Origin: Paraspadella gotoi | Taxonomy: Eukaryota > Animalia > Chaetognatha | Reading direction: 5' to 3' | NCBI GenBank assembly: GCA_051294375.1 | Contig: CM119263.1 | Coordinates: forward strand, 17,632,628-17,696,627 | Length of the DNA: 64,000 nucleotides | Part shown: in pieces, positions 10,017 through 24,042 of the stretch | Numbering within the stretch: the first letter of the stretch is position 1 | Layout of the letters: each line of letters begins with the position of its first letter | Position numbers and translations under genes: made by a program | The notes under the pieces: model-generated | Told to the model about the DNA's origin: nothing | The model's input: the letters and a program-made list of their open reading frames with translations, nothing else | Databases searched by the model: none

Positions 10017-13000
10017 TTATAAAAAAGTCGAGACAGTCTCCGATAACTGCATGAGGACCAAGAGGTGCACCGGAAGGCAGGACCGGCGATCCCCGACAGC
10101 GGGATCGAGCGTCAGCCAAGAAAGTGCATTGTAGCGCTCTAGGACGTGACGTAACACATCGCAAGTCGTCGTTGAGTCAAGCGGATGGCTCGGCCGCACA
10201 GCGGAGTCGCGAGATACGCTCGTTGGGGCCTGTAAATAAGTTGGTAATAAAAACGAAATGAAGATCTATCATAAGACAACGAGATAAAGGATTAGCTTGA
10301 TAAACCTAGTGCTACAAAAAAAAGTTTGGATAATTCGACGAACGACCTTTCAACGCGCCTTTTCTGAATAACAACGCATTCATATATTTTCAATACCTGA
10401 ATGAGGTCGTCTCGATCTCCGTCGGCTGAAGACAACTGAACCGCGGGGCTGTGAATGTGGAGCGCCGCCTTAAAGAAAGACGGGCAAGCGTTTTCGTACT
10501 TGGGAGCTTTTGACCAAAACCAGTAGGGCAGTGGGGAGGTCTTGGCCGAAGAAACGTAGTATCCCAAAGCAAGAGGCTGGTTCTGAAGGGACGGAGGCGC
10601 GTGTTCCTCGGAAGAGGTTGGGTGGGAGGAGGCAGAAACTGAACCCCCGGCACCAGTGCCGGCCGTTCGGGAATTTCCTGAGAGAAAAAGATGAATTCTT
10701 GAAGCGAATATTTTGGTTCCTTACAAAATTTGTTATTTCTTAATATGAATATTTATTAGATGATTTTGTCTTATCAAATATAAGAATCAAGTGATCCCGT
10801 TCAGCGTTTACCCATCAATGCACCTTGCGGAGAATCTGGACGTTGCATGGCCGACTTGTCAAGCTCGCTCACGCCAAAAAGCTCGTCATCAAATATTTCA
10901 TCAAACATGCCGCAGGGATCGTCATCTATACCGCCTACTCCGAGGAAGATGTCAATGTTGTCCGTCTCCGGCTTGCCAGGTTGATTGGAGTGAGCTAAGA
11001 AAGATAAAATGAATACAAATAAAATGGAGGCACCTTTAATTACAAGAACTAGTCCCCCTTGGGTGTTCTTAATAGATGGATTCGTATAGGAGGGTATATT
11101 TGCCTAAGATAAGAAAAGTATATCACTAAGTACGAAGAGGTTCAGTGTAGACAGCTTAACTATAAATGCGCATTTCAGTTGTACATTCGCAAGTCATAAA
11201 AAATAACATAACATATGTACATTATTGATTAAATGAAGGTGAAATGGGGTGATCGTTAAAGCGTAGTAAAAATTATATATTTAACTTAAATTAAAATTCT
11301 GAAAGTGAGGAAAGAACAACATTATACTAATGTAGAAAAAATGTTATTACAAATTTTACAATTTACGCAGTAGGCCATATTTATACATAGTACTAATCAT
11401 ATAAATGTTAAAATTTCAAAACAGTTTTTTTGTAAGATTTTTTTTGCAGATTTGGATTCGTGACGAATTAAGTTGGTCAAATTAAGTTAGTCAAATATCA
11501 GAAAAACCTTTATTTTAAACTGAAAATTATAATTTTATATGTAAAACATATTTTTTATTTTTAACCCACTTAATGAAAGAATTTTTAAAAATTATTTATA
11601 TTTTCTTTTATCAACTTTTGACGAGGATTTAAATCTGTAATAAAAATTAATAAAAGCCTATTTTGAAATTTTATGATTTTATAAGGATAGTACTATAGAT
11701 AAATATAGCTTACTGCGAAAATTAAAAAACAAAATTAATTTTTTTACAAATTAATGTTCACTGATGGTATGTTGTACATAATTAACTTTTAGAATTTTCG
11801 TACGTAACTTTCACTACGTTCTAGTGATCGTGGGTGGGCGAGGTCTTACAAATCCAAGGAAGGAAGGTAATTGATCAAAGAGATCAAACAGTAAAGGCTG
11901 ACGTTGATTTTTTCGTGGGAAGAACGCCTGCTACACCCCACCACTCATGACTAAAGTCAAAGACTAATAAATGAACGGTTTAAATTCGATTCATCTTAGT
12001 TTAATAATTATATTGTATATTGCTTATTCATGATTAATTTGCATTTCCTAAGTCAGTCATGCGTTTTATAAATAGTATTCCTTTATCACAAACATAGAAA
12101 AAACAAAAATATTTTGATTTCTAAAAAAAAACAGGAAAAACTCAAATTTCATTCTCACCGGTGGCTGAAGTGGGAAAGACTAGAATGTGGGTTTGCGACG
12201 CGTCTTTTGGCGTGTGCATCCGGCCCAAGGCCTCGTCAACGCGCCGAGTCTCATTCGCTCCGTAGGCGCAGACGGCGTCAGTCATCACAGTCAACGACGT
12301 ATCGGCAACGAGCGAAACTAGGCAGGCGGAAAGGATCGTCGGGTGATCGGGTCCGCCGACGTACGTGTTAGAGGAGGTTGACGACGAAGAGGAAATCGCC
12401 GCCGAGGGTGGCTGGCATGTTGGGCATGCCTCTCTTAATTGCGCGCAGGCAGCGAGCAGAGACTTCTTGCCCAACAGTGCGTTCCAGCCCTTCAATTCTC
12501 CATGACCGAGGCGACCGAATCGGCCGACCACAAGTCTCCAGCCCCCAGTCGAAGCCGCCATCACCGCCACGCAGGCATCGAAGAGGCGCTGGAGCCCGAT
12601 CTTTCGCGCCGAGGCCTTCTTCCGTCTCGCCCGGTCGGGAATTTCCACGTTGATGCAGCGAGTTTGAAGGAGCTCACCGCGATCGTCAGTGAAGGCGGCG
12701 AGAAGAAGACGTTGATCCTCCGAGAGGCAGTAGGCGCAAAAGAGGGTAGCCGACCCACGATCCGCCGATGATTTAGAAAAAGGGGGCGACGAAGACGAGG
12801 AGTTTGGCATTTTGGAGGCAGACCCCGTCGCGGATTCCCCAACGAAGTCCCCAACGAGGGCGTGACGGGGCTTAGGGGCGTCAAGAACGAAGGGCGGGGA
12901 GAAGAGGCGATGGACTAGAGGATCGAGACGTGACGAGGAAAGTTTCTTCAAAAGAGACACGTCCTCGGCGCAGGGACCCAAGCCCGTTAGTGATTTGTAG

Positions 13001-16000
13001 GGCGGCTTGAAGTCCAGAATTCTAAAAGAAAAATTGAAAATAATCATTTCTAATGCATAAAGTGATAAGTCGCAAAAAAAGGCACATAATATTGAATTAT
13101 TGATATAAATTTACCTCCGGCACTGACTGAAGACAGAAAATGCAAAGGCTTTGAGTCTGCCGAGTTGGGGTGCACCCGATTCATCGCCACCGTCGACGAT
13201 TGTCTCTAATGGCACCAGTTCCAGATGGAACCGTTTACGTAGCTTTTCCGGCACCTTACCTTCCATTGCCGAAAGCATCTCCGTAAAGCAACTGTTAAAA
13301 AGAGCAAATACAAAAATTTTTGAAAAAAAAAAACCCCGAAATAATTCAAGAATACGGTGTAAAACTGACCGGAAAAGTCCAATGGTTGCAAGCCGCCTGC
13401 AACTTTCCGTCCATTCTTCGTGATGCTGGAATGGGTCGACGACGTAGACGACTACGACGGGAGGCTCGGTCTCGAACTCGTACTTCGTCGGGTGAGTACG
13501 ATAGCTAGAGACACAAGTCGCTGGGGCGGAGGATGAAGATGAAGAGATTCCGTTGTGTTGATGATGATGTTGATGATCGGAGGTAGAGGTCGATGATGAT
13601 GGATCTTCCTTTTTGATGTAGACGCCATCTGGTGGTGGAGGCGGTTGCATCGAACCTGTGGGATAGAAAAAATAAATTGGGTTGCGCGTTTGTTTTTGTA
13701 TTTTAGGGGGATGTCATCATCAGTTTTAGGAATTAACCCAAATATTACCCGGATGAATGGCATCGGCGGAGGCGGGATCTCGCGGGGGAGACGCCCCTTC
13801 TCCTTTCCCTGACTGAGTAGCTTCGTCCCCTCGCGCCGTTAAAGTTTTTACCAAAAATGGGGCCAGAATCTTTACGCAGATAGTGGCGTACAGTCTCAGT
13901 TGCCTCGCCACGGGCGAGTCACCGATCAGATCAAACCACTTGGAAGGCATCGCAGAATTGGTATCCGGATCAGAGGCCCCACTTTTTACGCCCCCTCCAC
14001 TAGCGGCCCGCTTTCGACTAACGCGCATAACTCCGTCGCGCAATTTGTCTGTGAGGGGGCGATGGAGGCCGAAGCGCAAAGTCTCGTAGGTTGCCGACAG
14101 TTCGGAAAAAAACGTTCTTGCGCGGGAGAGGAGGAAGTCATTGTCCGGGGCGACGACGACGTATGCAACGTTCCTGAGTACGAACAAGACGTAAAAAGTC
14201 GTGGCACATATGAAGATAGGTTACGTACATAAATTAAATAACTAAATGTGAAGCTTTAAGATCAAACGAAATACTATTCCAATAAGCCAGAAACTCAGAC
14301 ACAAATTTTAGATACATGGACTAATACTGTCTTTACACGGATTTCAATGGGAGTGAAATGAAACTGACTGACTGTGATTAATATTTGGTCATTTCATTAG
14401 TTGGAAAAGTCCCTGACGTTTATGTTCCTATAATATAAAGCAAATTGATAATACTTTACATCATAGTAATTGGAGCGCTTGCCTTCCAGCAGATTTTTTA
14501 AAAAACTTTTTAACCCTTCTTATTTTATAATTCAATTTTTAACTCATTGTGAAAAAAATTAGGACAAATATTGTAATTTCTTTTACATTCATTAGTTAGT
14601 ATAATGTTTTGGGAGCATACAAAAAAATTCTAATTAATATATTTCAAGGTTTAGAGAGGCAACAGGCTCTTGCCAGATCATTGTTCTTATGCAATTTTTT
14701 TCATCGCTGAATTTTTTATTTTCCACATGTTTTAACTAGAAAAACTATAAAATGAAAAAGGCTGAGACACATACTCAGATGTCTATATCTGTAAGATGAA
14801 CCAAAGTTTTCAAACACTTCATTTTTTAAATAAAAATATAACTTATAACAGGAAGGTCCTTTTCAAATGCAAACTTTTTCCTTTTTTGAAATTCGGCGAT
14901 GCCATTGATGAGCACATGCACATAACTAAGAAAGTAAGCAAACTGGACTACTGAGAGTGAGAAAATAAAAAACATAAGTAATTTTTTTACCAGGGTGCAA
15001 AATCTGAACTTGCAATAACAAATAATTTAGCCACAGTATTTTATCATTTCATTTCACTCCCATTTGAAATCCAAGTAAATTCGTTACATCTTCGATGTAC
15101 AACGAATAAAAATGCATATAAATATACTTATGATTCGTATCAGTCTCTCTGTCCCAAAACCCACCTGGACTTGGAGTAGGGTTCCAGCATCAGCTTTTCC
15201 CAAGCAGCTACAGCAAACGGCGACAGAGAGAGCCATTCCTTCTCATTTGCGAGGGGGTCTGATCCGACAGCGTAACCAACGAGGACGGAAGGTATTGGTT
15301 GCGGCTCACACTGTTCGTCTGTGCCCCGACCAGCCATCTTATGAAACTCGTTCCAAGTTAAGGGTCCTGAGGATTAAGTTTGATATCCTTACTACAAAAA
15401 TATATTAAACATTTTAAGAATCAAATTAATAAACTAATTAAAAGATGAAATTGTAAATACATTTTCAGACAATTTAAACCTTTAATACAAAAGCCCACTT
15501 ATTACATAATCTCGAAGAACCTTGGGCATTCCAAGCCGGGCGAGAAAAAAAACTATGTAAATAGTGGATACTTTTTTTCACCTGTAACATTGTACACAAC
15601 GTCCCAGAGATTTGTGTGTCTCTTGCTCTGAATGGCGTCTTGAAGAAAAGGCTGGAGCGATCGCAACAACCGCACCGCGTCAGCAGAGTTTACGCGGCTC
15701 TGGTTAACGCCTGATTCGTATGCCCATCGATGAACAACGCTTGAAGCGGTAGCAGAAGTGGCCACCGAATCGAGGTAGTCTGCGCGTCTATGTGGCGGCG
15801 CCGTTTCCGCCGCTGCCCGACATCCGACGCCCATCGCGGCGCGTCCAACGTCGTCGCCATCACAGAGTTCCAACTCAATTGCGGACTCGATAGCGGCACG
15901 TGTGCGTGATGTCCATGGCTTTGTGGTCGAAAAGTGACGTCGCAATACCGGCGAAGGAAACGGCACCGTGAACTGCTCGATGAGAAGCTCCAACACGGAA

Positions 16001-19000
16001 ATCGGCGTGTCCGTATTTACGGGAAAACTGTTCACTGCAGCTGCCGCAGTCGCGGAAGCGTTGGGAAGCGACAGAGACGGTTTGTGGAGGTAGCGGGAAG
16101 AAGGTCGGACGAATCGAGCACCGCCGAGGGCTAGGAGGTCCCGTTCGTCCTCCCAAAAAAGTCCGGCGTTGTAGCCAAGATAACGATTTCGGACGGCGGA
16201 GAAGCCGCATGTGCAGCGGAATTGAGAGTCGCCAGAGGAGTCGGGCAGCACCACTTCCACGTCCAGACCTAAGGTAGAGAATGAAGGTTTAAAAATTTGA
16301 CATCAGGCGTTTCCGATGGCATAGAAATATTAAAAGCCACGCTGATCGTATTTAACATTGTTACGTAACTGTAAAGTTTAATTTCACTCATGTCAAACTG
16401 AATAGAAACAAAGATCTCTTCCGTCTTCGAGTAAGAGTTACTAATTAATTGATTAATTAATTTGGCCATTAATCATACGAAGTCAACAGAGTTCCAATTT
16501 GAACACACCTTTGAGATCGGTATTGCAGACGCAGATGTTGCAAGAATCAAAGTTGTGATCCTTAAAGAGATTAAGGAGGGTATCGGAAAGGGCGATGTTG
16601 ACGACGAGAGAGTTGGCTTCTGGATAGGAGGTCGCCGAAGCTGAGGAATCCGACGAAGGCCTGAAGAAAAAAATTCATTCTGGATTTCTATCTTGACCAA
16701 AACGAGACGTTGGTCAGGTTGAAAATATTTGACCTTTGATCCGCAGAGTTATTGGCGCTTGCGGCGGAGGACGCGGCGGAGGCGGCGGCAGCGGCATTGG
16801 CAGTGGCCTTTGGGCCGCCGCCACCGCCGTGATATGCTGAGCTGGCGTTAGATGCTGGCGAAGGCAGGGGTTCGTAACTTGCTGGACCTGCATGACTAAG
16901 AGGAGTGCGTGGCAGACCCGGGGTGTCGAGGCCACCGCGTGGGCCACCTCCCAGTGCGAAGGATGCCGGTGAGTTAACGGAAGAATCCAGCGGAGCAGGT
17001 TGGGAAGCTGGGTTAGGAACAAATAATTTTTTATCCTTCGTTCACAAAATAATTTTTGTGCTTTATGAATACTATTACTTCACCACCACATTTTTGTACA
17101 TTTTAGTCGTTTTCTTCTTTCGTTTATCTTCATCATAGACTTAGTTTTGAATACTTTCGAAAACTCACCGTTGGGGCGGTGTTCACGAACGCCCCTCCCA
17201 GTGCCAAATGCCTCGTCAGCCAGTCCCAAAAGGGGCTTGGCTTCGACGGGAACCATCGAGTAGGACGCTCCAGTAGATCGTTTGTAAGAAACGCCGATGT
17301 CGAGAGGAGGAAGACGCAACGAGGGCAGATTCGTAACTGGGGCGTATTTATTAGATCCACGGAATGGGGCCACCGAAGGAGGGAGCCAGATCTTCAAAAA
17401 AAAGTGTTAACTAACTTACTACAAAAATTAACCTTTTTTTAATAAATTATTCCAATCAAAGCGCGAGTTAATTTTGGATGCTTTTTATATCTCCTTGCAT
17501 GTAAAATTTACGTAGCCCTTATTTATCTTTCCCTCATGTTATCCGACTAGCAATAAGGAGAGAAAAAAAATTTCCCAGTACCCTTACTTGGGACCAATCC
17601 ATTTTCTCCGCCGCCCTCTCCACCAGTCCCCCTGTGGTTGATTCTAATTTAACCACGGCCAACGCCGGCGGATGCTGCAGCGCAGGCGCTCCAGCCAAAA
17701 CGCCGTCGATGGACGTAGTGTGATCGGCATCAGCCTCTGGTTCATCCTTATTGTGATCGGCCGATGGCGGAGTAGGGTATATGTTAGAAAGTTCCGGACC
17801 ACAATCTTTGGAGGAGGAAGCAGCGACGGGATTCTTTGAGGTCTTGGTAGACAGTGACGCCGAGGGATCATCCTCGGTGTCAGAATCAGTATCAAAAAGC
17901 TGGTCCAAATCGGCAAGGGAAGCTTCGAGGTCGCCGGGCTAAAAAAAATGACAGGAGAATTGAGAAATCACAATCAAAAGGTAAAAGAAAAGAGTTGTTT
18001 ATAACTCGCCCAACCTTCAAAAAAGCGGCTGCTGACTTCGCTGCTGCCGCTGCGGCATTAGCATCTTTCGTTTCTTTGACCTCTTTTTCTGGTGACACTG
18101 TTGACGTTGGCTCGACCTTTTGTTTCTTCTCTTCTGGACCGAAGGAGGCTTCACGCGCGGCGGCAGCCTCGTCATCATCGTCTAAAAAGTGAAAAAAGGA
18201 CAACCGCAGGTTTAAAAATCAAATAGTACTTGGTCTGTTAGAGGGTAAATGTTGTTGGCATTCTCCAGTTAAACATACCAGATCCAAACTCGTAGGGATC
18301 GTGCGAAGGTCGAGGTTCACCCTTGATTCTCTTAACCCCCACTTTCGGACCTGCAACCTCCCAGGGAGATTCAGCCTTAACGCGGACACCTTCCAACGTC
18401 GACGTCGAATCTTTCGACCAAGTGGCGCGAAAGCTTCGATGCGCGGCCTGATTGTCCGCGTAGAGAGAGGGGAAGTTAATGGTTCGATCGGCTTCGGCCA
18501 AGCGGCTAGCCTCTTCCTCGCGTATCGAAGCGCGAAGGCGTGGCCGTTTCAAAGATCGGACGAGCTGTTGGGCATGGTCGGAGACGTCGCGACAGAAGCG
18601 AGTAGCCTATAAAAAACGTAGAAGACTAAATTACAGAGGACAAATCATGGGCACTCCATGGCACAGTAACTAATACCGATTTACTCGTATTCATTTAGAT
18701 AAACTTTGAAATCAAATTAACGAACAAGATGTGCTCACCTTGCAATCAGTCGCCTCCGTCTCAGCAACGGGTCCAACATAGAGATGCCGCTGATGCCCAA
18801 CGGAAAGTATCGACGTAGATACGGCAGTGGTAGTGGGTAAAACCGAAGCTGTTGAACATCCCATGTTCACAGATGTGGTATCCTCCTTCTTTAATTGGGG
18901 TGGATGGGGCGAAAGAGTCGGCATCGCAGGATCTGACGGGGGCTGCCCGCCACTGCCGAGGGCGGGAGCAGAGGCAAAGGAAGTTGTGACGCCGGTAAGA

Positions 19001-21944
19001 GAGGAGGGACCACAGGTCACTGCATTAGCAGCGGCGGCGTTAATGGTAAGAGGCTGAAGCAGTGGATCAGTAGTCACCAAAGGGGAAGGAGTAGCGGCAC
19101 GAAAAGGTGACGGAGAGGCTCCAACTAATTTGCCGAAAACAAGTTAAACGAGTTAAATTTAGTGAGGCATTTCGATAACAAATTCAAGAAAACCTTAGCA
19201 TTTGGCACAAAACGGTAAATATCAACAAACCTTAATTATAATTTAATATTTATTAAACTAACCATTTTCAATCGCTCCTTCCGTCTTGAGGAGAACACCT
19301 TCAGCGCCGATCCGTCCAGTATACCCAGCGCTTATCCCACTGACGGACGTTCGGAAAGTAATAAAGTTGTCTCCTGAGGCCGCGAGAAACGGATCAGGCT
19401 GAAACTTGGGGGCATCAAGAGATGCCATTGATCGTCGGTGAAACGATCCTCCAAATTTGCGAGTCTTCAACGACGAAGGCTTTTCTTTCGTCTGCATAAT
19501 AAACGTCATAGCATAATTCATAATATTTTTGGTATATAGTTTCGTGACAAGCTGATTTTCTTCGACTATGTCCGAAAACCGAGAGCGATAGTCCTTCATA
19601 GTAAGCATTCAGCATTTGTTCAGCACATAGGATTCAAGACAGCTCGTTTAGAATTTTCTATTTTGATTGTTCAAATTTTATACAGAAGAAAATCTTAAAA
19701 ATGAAACCCACCTTAGAGGCATTAGAAAAGTCATTGTCGCTTGTGCCTCCTCCGAGATGCTTTCTGATGCTTTCTCCCCACACTGCTGCGTTGGTACCAG
19801 CGTTGGTCCCGCTAAATCCGCTAGTCGAATTCCCTGTTCCAGGTGTCAACGTCCGAGAAGACGGCGGCGTCAATTTTCCGACTCCGGTATTAGCTTTGCC
19901 ACCACCTCCACTGCTACCAGAAGTCAAGACTGCCCCGCAAGAGTTGACGCGCGTTTTAATTCCACTGACGCAAGCGCAGCTGCGTCGATCGGCCGGGTTT
20001 GAAAATGGCCACATAGACAACTTCTCCACATTCGTCACGGTCGTTGTTGTCGTCGTGGTCTCCGTCTTTGTTTTTCCGTCGACTTCTACGGGCGTCGGAC
20101 TTCGTGTCCGTAACGCGGTCGATGACGTCGCGGACGCTACCGCGCCTGACGCAGGTAAAGCAGACGTGGTGGAAATATTGCGATCTTTTTCAACATTCTG
20201 CAGAAGACGACGGCCGAGGGAATCGGAAGAAGGCGAGGCGCGGATTGCAGTTTCGCCGAGAAAGTCGGAAAGCGTCGGAATCGCTTTGAGTTTAAGAAAT
20301 AATGACGAGTATTAAATACGAGAAATTTAACCAATAAAAAATTTTACGGAAAATCTTTGTAGTATGTACTATGTAGTCTTTACTTACTCAAGGTTTGCAC
20401 TTCGTCGTCATGTTTCGCGGTCCCCTTCACATCGGCATGATCAGGCGGCGAAGTCGGTGGTGTTAATGCATAACAAGAATTTTGGTTAAGTCCATGCTGT
20501 TGCTGTTGTAACTTTTGCGAAACCCGAGATCCGGGGGCCCGTGTCGCCGAGGAAGCGACTGATGCAGACGCAACAATCGATTTATTTTCCTGCATCGAAA
20601 CCGTTGTCTCCGTCGACGAAGATACCACTCTGGGCACGGAGCCACCAACACAGTCTAAAGGATTATCGGCCTTCGCCGGCACGAGAACGTGGCAAGAGGG
20701 ATATTTCATTCTTGCCCCGCCCACAACAACTTCAACGACAGCGGGCACTCGGCCAGAAGCGGCGGTAGCCGCCACTCCTCCGGCTCCGCCGCTCGTCCAC
20801 ACTCCCGCTACGCCTCCACCGACTCCGTCCGAAAAGTGTACGTCGTCGGGAGTGCGCACCGGGTAAAAGTGACGCCATTCTTCGAGGCACTGAGTGGCAG
20901 CCGCGTCAGCATCCTTTACTGCCCGACCCGTCAAGGTCCCGCGGAGGCCGTAGGGCGAAAGCACCACTTCCACTCCGCGGGAGGCGGCGAGAGGAGGGGA
21001 AGAATGAGTTCGAGATTTCGATGAGTGGGATGAGCTGCTGACAAAGATAGAAAAACAACTATTACTGTAAAATTAAATATAATAAAAAACTAAGAAAACC
21101 CTGAAAAGAAATTCCTACCGTTCATCCTTCCGCTTGACTCCTCCATTGGCATCAACGAGATGTTGTGGAGTCAACGTCAGCAACGGGTGATGCTGCCGAA
21201 CGTCGATGGAGGCGCACACGGTGGATTCTCCATGGAGAAAAAAGTTGAAGGCGAAAGAGAGATGCCCACTTCGATCTCCAGGAGAGGTAACAGGCTGCAC
21301 AAACCATTTGCCCACACGAACGAAGTTGTGTCCGAGCAGACACTTTTCGATTAAGTTATGGAGAGCTTTAAACAGCAACGTCCGGCACTCGTAGGTTAGT
21401 TGACCGTCTTTCCACGACCCGTTGTCGTTTCGCTCCAATTTTTTGGAGACCAAGTTCTGCAAATTGACTGGCTCAGTCTTGTACCAGAATACCCAAAGTT
21501 CTTTGCCGTACGAGGGCGAAGAAGGATCAGACGTCGAATGTTGGTGGTGGTGGTGGTTGGTGTGGTGGTGCGAAGGCGGTCCGCCCGTGGGACGCTTGAA
21601 GCGCTTCCAAACCACGAGAATGTCAGCAGAGAGACATTTGGTGTAGGAAAGAAGCACAGGATCGTCAAGGGGATCACTGATGTCGCTGAGGGTGAAATAA
21701 GAAATTAAATAGTTTTACATGAATAACCTCATGCTCGTTTTTTAAAGGTTCACAAATCAGTTAAAATAAAAAAAAAATATACTCGGTTATCAAGAGAGGT
21801 TTCACATGTATAAATTTACCTCGGTGTATCGGCGGTCGTCCTGTATGTGTACCACTGTATTTCATTGAGGTCGGTCAAAGAAAACAAGTTAGTGTGGCAG
21901 TCCTCGAGGGAGCAGCCGTTAACGCCCTGGCTGGCGTTCGTCAT
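10017..21944 (-). CDS. MED13: Mediator of RNA polymerase II transcription subunit 13 (CDK8 kinase module), multi-exon
   Basis: Starts [26 protein letters not shown]. Internal motifs [127 protein letters not shown]. Ends [25 protein letters not shown]...RRSCLPVH, stop at 10017-10019. Confidence 0.96.
11255..11824. mobile_element. Degenerate palindromic TIR element (possibly Kolobok-like) in MED13 intron
   Basis: TTAAAGCGTAGTAAAA at left versus TTTCACTACGTTCTAG at right; internal symmetry CGCAGTAGGCCATATTTAT..TAGTACTA / TAGTACTA..ATAAATATAGCTTACTGCG. Confidence 0.5.
14336..15075. mobile_element. TA-flanked MITE in MED13 intron
   Basis: TIR GGATTTCAATGGGAGTGAAATGAAA / TTTCATTTCACTCCCATTTGAAATCC with TA on both sides. 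Confidence 0.85.
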
Positions 21945-21949
21945 CTTCC

Positions 21950-22620
21950 GAGACGGTTATACTTGGTGATCAGTTGAAGGTGCACCGAATGCACAATGAG
22001 TTTATAGAAAAATGCACAATTATCGAACGGGCGCGATAGATAAGCCATCGACGCTCGAAAACGAGCCGCATAATCGACTCCTGTAAAGAAACCTGGAATA
22101 ATGGCGTAATCTAATTAATTGGAGGTTTCTAGTTACGAGTTTCATATGAAAAGCCGTTTTTGAACGTTATAATCTGTTTAGAGAACAGAAGAAAACTCAG
22201 TAGCTGGGAAAAAAGGAACGGCAATGAATGTCATAAACGGTGAAATACGTAAGAACACTTCCACTCGGTACGAAGACGATGGAAAAAGAGCTACTGAATC
22301 GGTAACAGAAGGATTTTTCGGCGTAACTTTTTCAGGACAAGATGTCCCAGTCCCGGCCATTGCTTTAACGCGAAGTTGCGCACAACCCTTGATTTGGTTC
22401 TCTGCGCATTCGAGGCGAATGGAGGAGTAACTAACGGCATCCGGGACTCGCGCGAATAGATATGAACCTTATTTGGACCGGATTAGCATTTTAAAGTCAA
22501 AGCAGGCTTACAACACTTAACGTGGCCCCGTTTATTATGTTTTACTTTTGTGAATTTTTGTATGGCCCCCATCGAGCATGTAAACTACTTGAAGAGGATA
22601 TCAATTTTGGAATGAGGTAA
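21950..22620. promoter_or_regulatory. Probable MED13 promoter/5' UTR region, possibly shared with the divergent Domino gene
   Basis: Non-repetitive, CpG-rich stretch just upstream of the MED13 ATG. A + strand donor GAG|GTAAAG near 22617 and an acceptor TTCCAG at 26500, 16 nt before the Domino ATG, suggest a non-coding first exon. Confidence 0.4.
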
Positions 22621-23060
22621 AGATGTTCATGTGTTATGTGGATAATTTATTTCTTTAAATTTTCATAGGTTTTTTTGCCTTATGTCCTATAATAAAGACG
22701 TCATCCTAAACAAAAAAAAAAAAAAAAAAAAAAAAAACATTCATTCTTCATTTAACCATTTATCTTCACGACTAAATTAACAATATTCTCAGTTTGACAA
22801 TTGTTCTTTTTTCTCATTCTCGCGAACGTATTAAATTGTTATCTTTTCTTTCTCTTTCCAGAAAAAAAACCTTATGTCTAGTACGTCCTGGATCGAGCTA
22901 ATTAATCCATCAATGAAAAAAATCGTACTTATCTAATTTTACTATTTGCTATTCCTTGGCTGAGAAAGGAGCTCTAAAAACTTTTTTGATAGAAAAAAAA
23001 TTTTGATGGTTGATAGCAATGGTATTGATCGTACTTAGTTGATATTATTTTTAACCAACT

Positions 23061-23491
23061 TGTAAAGTCCGGACGATCATATACAACTCAGATGCTCTTT
23101 TATATCGGAGATATCGACGTTCGACTCTTTCTCTCTTTTGCGGTCATTTCAGATTCTGCTCTGAAACGGGACTCTTCTCTAAAATAATAAACGTTTGTGG
23201 ACGCTTTGTGGATGCTTAGTGGATTCTTCTTTCTTTGTTTATTTGAGTATATTGCTTCTTTGATTAATCATTTGATTATTAGTTAGTATTTCATTGATTG
23301 TATTGTATATCTATATGCTTTGCTTATTTTATTAAGGTACTAAATATTAGAACGGGAATCACGTGACTTTCAAGAATAAGCATTTGAAATAAACATTTGC
23401 GGCGCCATTGGTCTCGGGGTCTTCAGTCCGGTTGAGGCTCTACGTCTTCTTCCGTCTACCCCCCCCCCCGGGTCCTGTAGGGGTTTCTTCA
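23061..23491 (+). mobile_element. Solo LTR (431 bp) with 4-bp TSD, Gypsy-like
   Basis: TGTAAAG...TTCTTCA with AACT on both sides (23057-23060, 23492-23495); homologous in inverted orientation to 23651-24042. Confidence 0.75.
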
Positions 23492-23561
23492 AACTGACCG
23501 ATTTTTCATTTAAAAAAAAAACTGTGATGGACGAAATAGTATTAATTATTCAACAAGGACC

Positions 23562-24042
23562 CCCGATTCTATGTGATGATTTTTTTTTCGAGAAGTTATT
23601 GACCTTCTTTCCTGCGTGAATTCCGTGTTCCAGGCCGTAGATGCACCAGTTGTAAAGACCCCCCTCCTCGACCTCGCGGAGAGGGAAAAGACGTCGGGAG
23701 AGAAACTGTACTGAAGACCGGGATCGCGGGCGCCGTAAAGTTTATAATAGTTATCCACTTGGCGTCTTGTTCATATTTTATTCATTCGAATAAAAACGCT
23801 TATATATTTAGTACCTTAATAAATTATAGCATATAGATATTCCAGCCGCTTTTGCCTACAAGCAACTGCAATATCTATTTCAGACAATAATACTAATCAC
23901 AATTAATCATTATGAAACACGAAACATGAAACAAGAAATACGGAAGACGACAAAGACGTATAAACGTTTATAAGTTCAGAGTCTTGTTCAAACGCCAAAT
24001 GATCACGATAAAGAGACGGTGAGACGAAAGTCAATATCTTAC
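23562..24042 (-). mobile_element. Truncated LTR retrotransposon 5' end: LTR, PBS-like motif and short leader
   Basis: Minus-strand LTR ends CTTTACA at 23651, followed by AC-TGGTGCATC, resembling the complement of a tRNA-Gly 3' end; diverged homolog of the 23061 LTR. Confidence 0.6.

Noticed and set aside
19701-20315. 204-aa plus-strand ORF and other overlapping ORFs across 12-21 kb
   Set aside because: Antisense or off-frame shadows of GC-rich MED13 exons.
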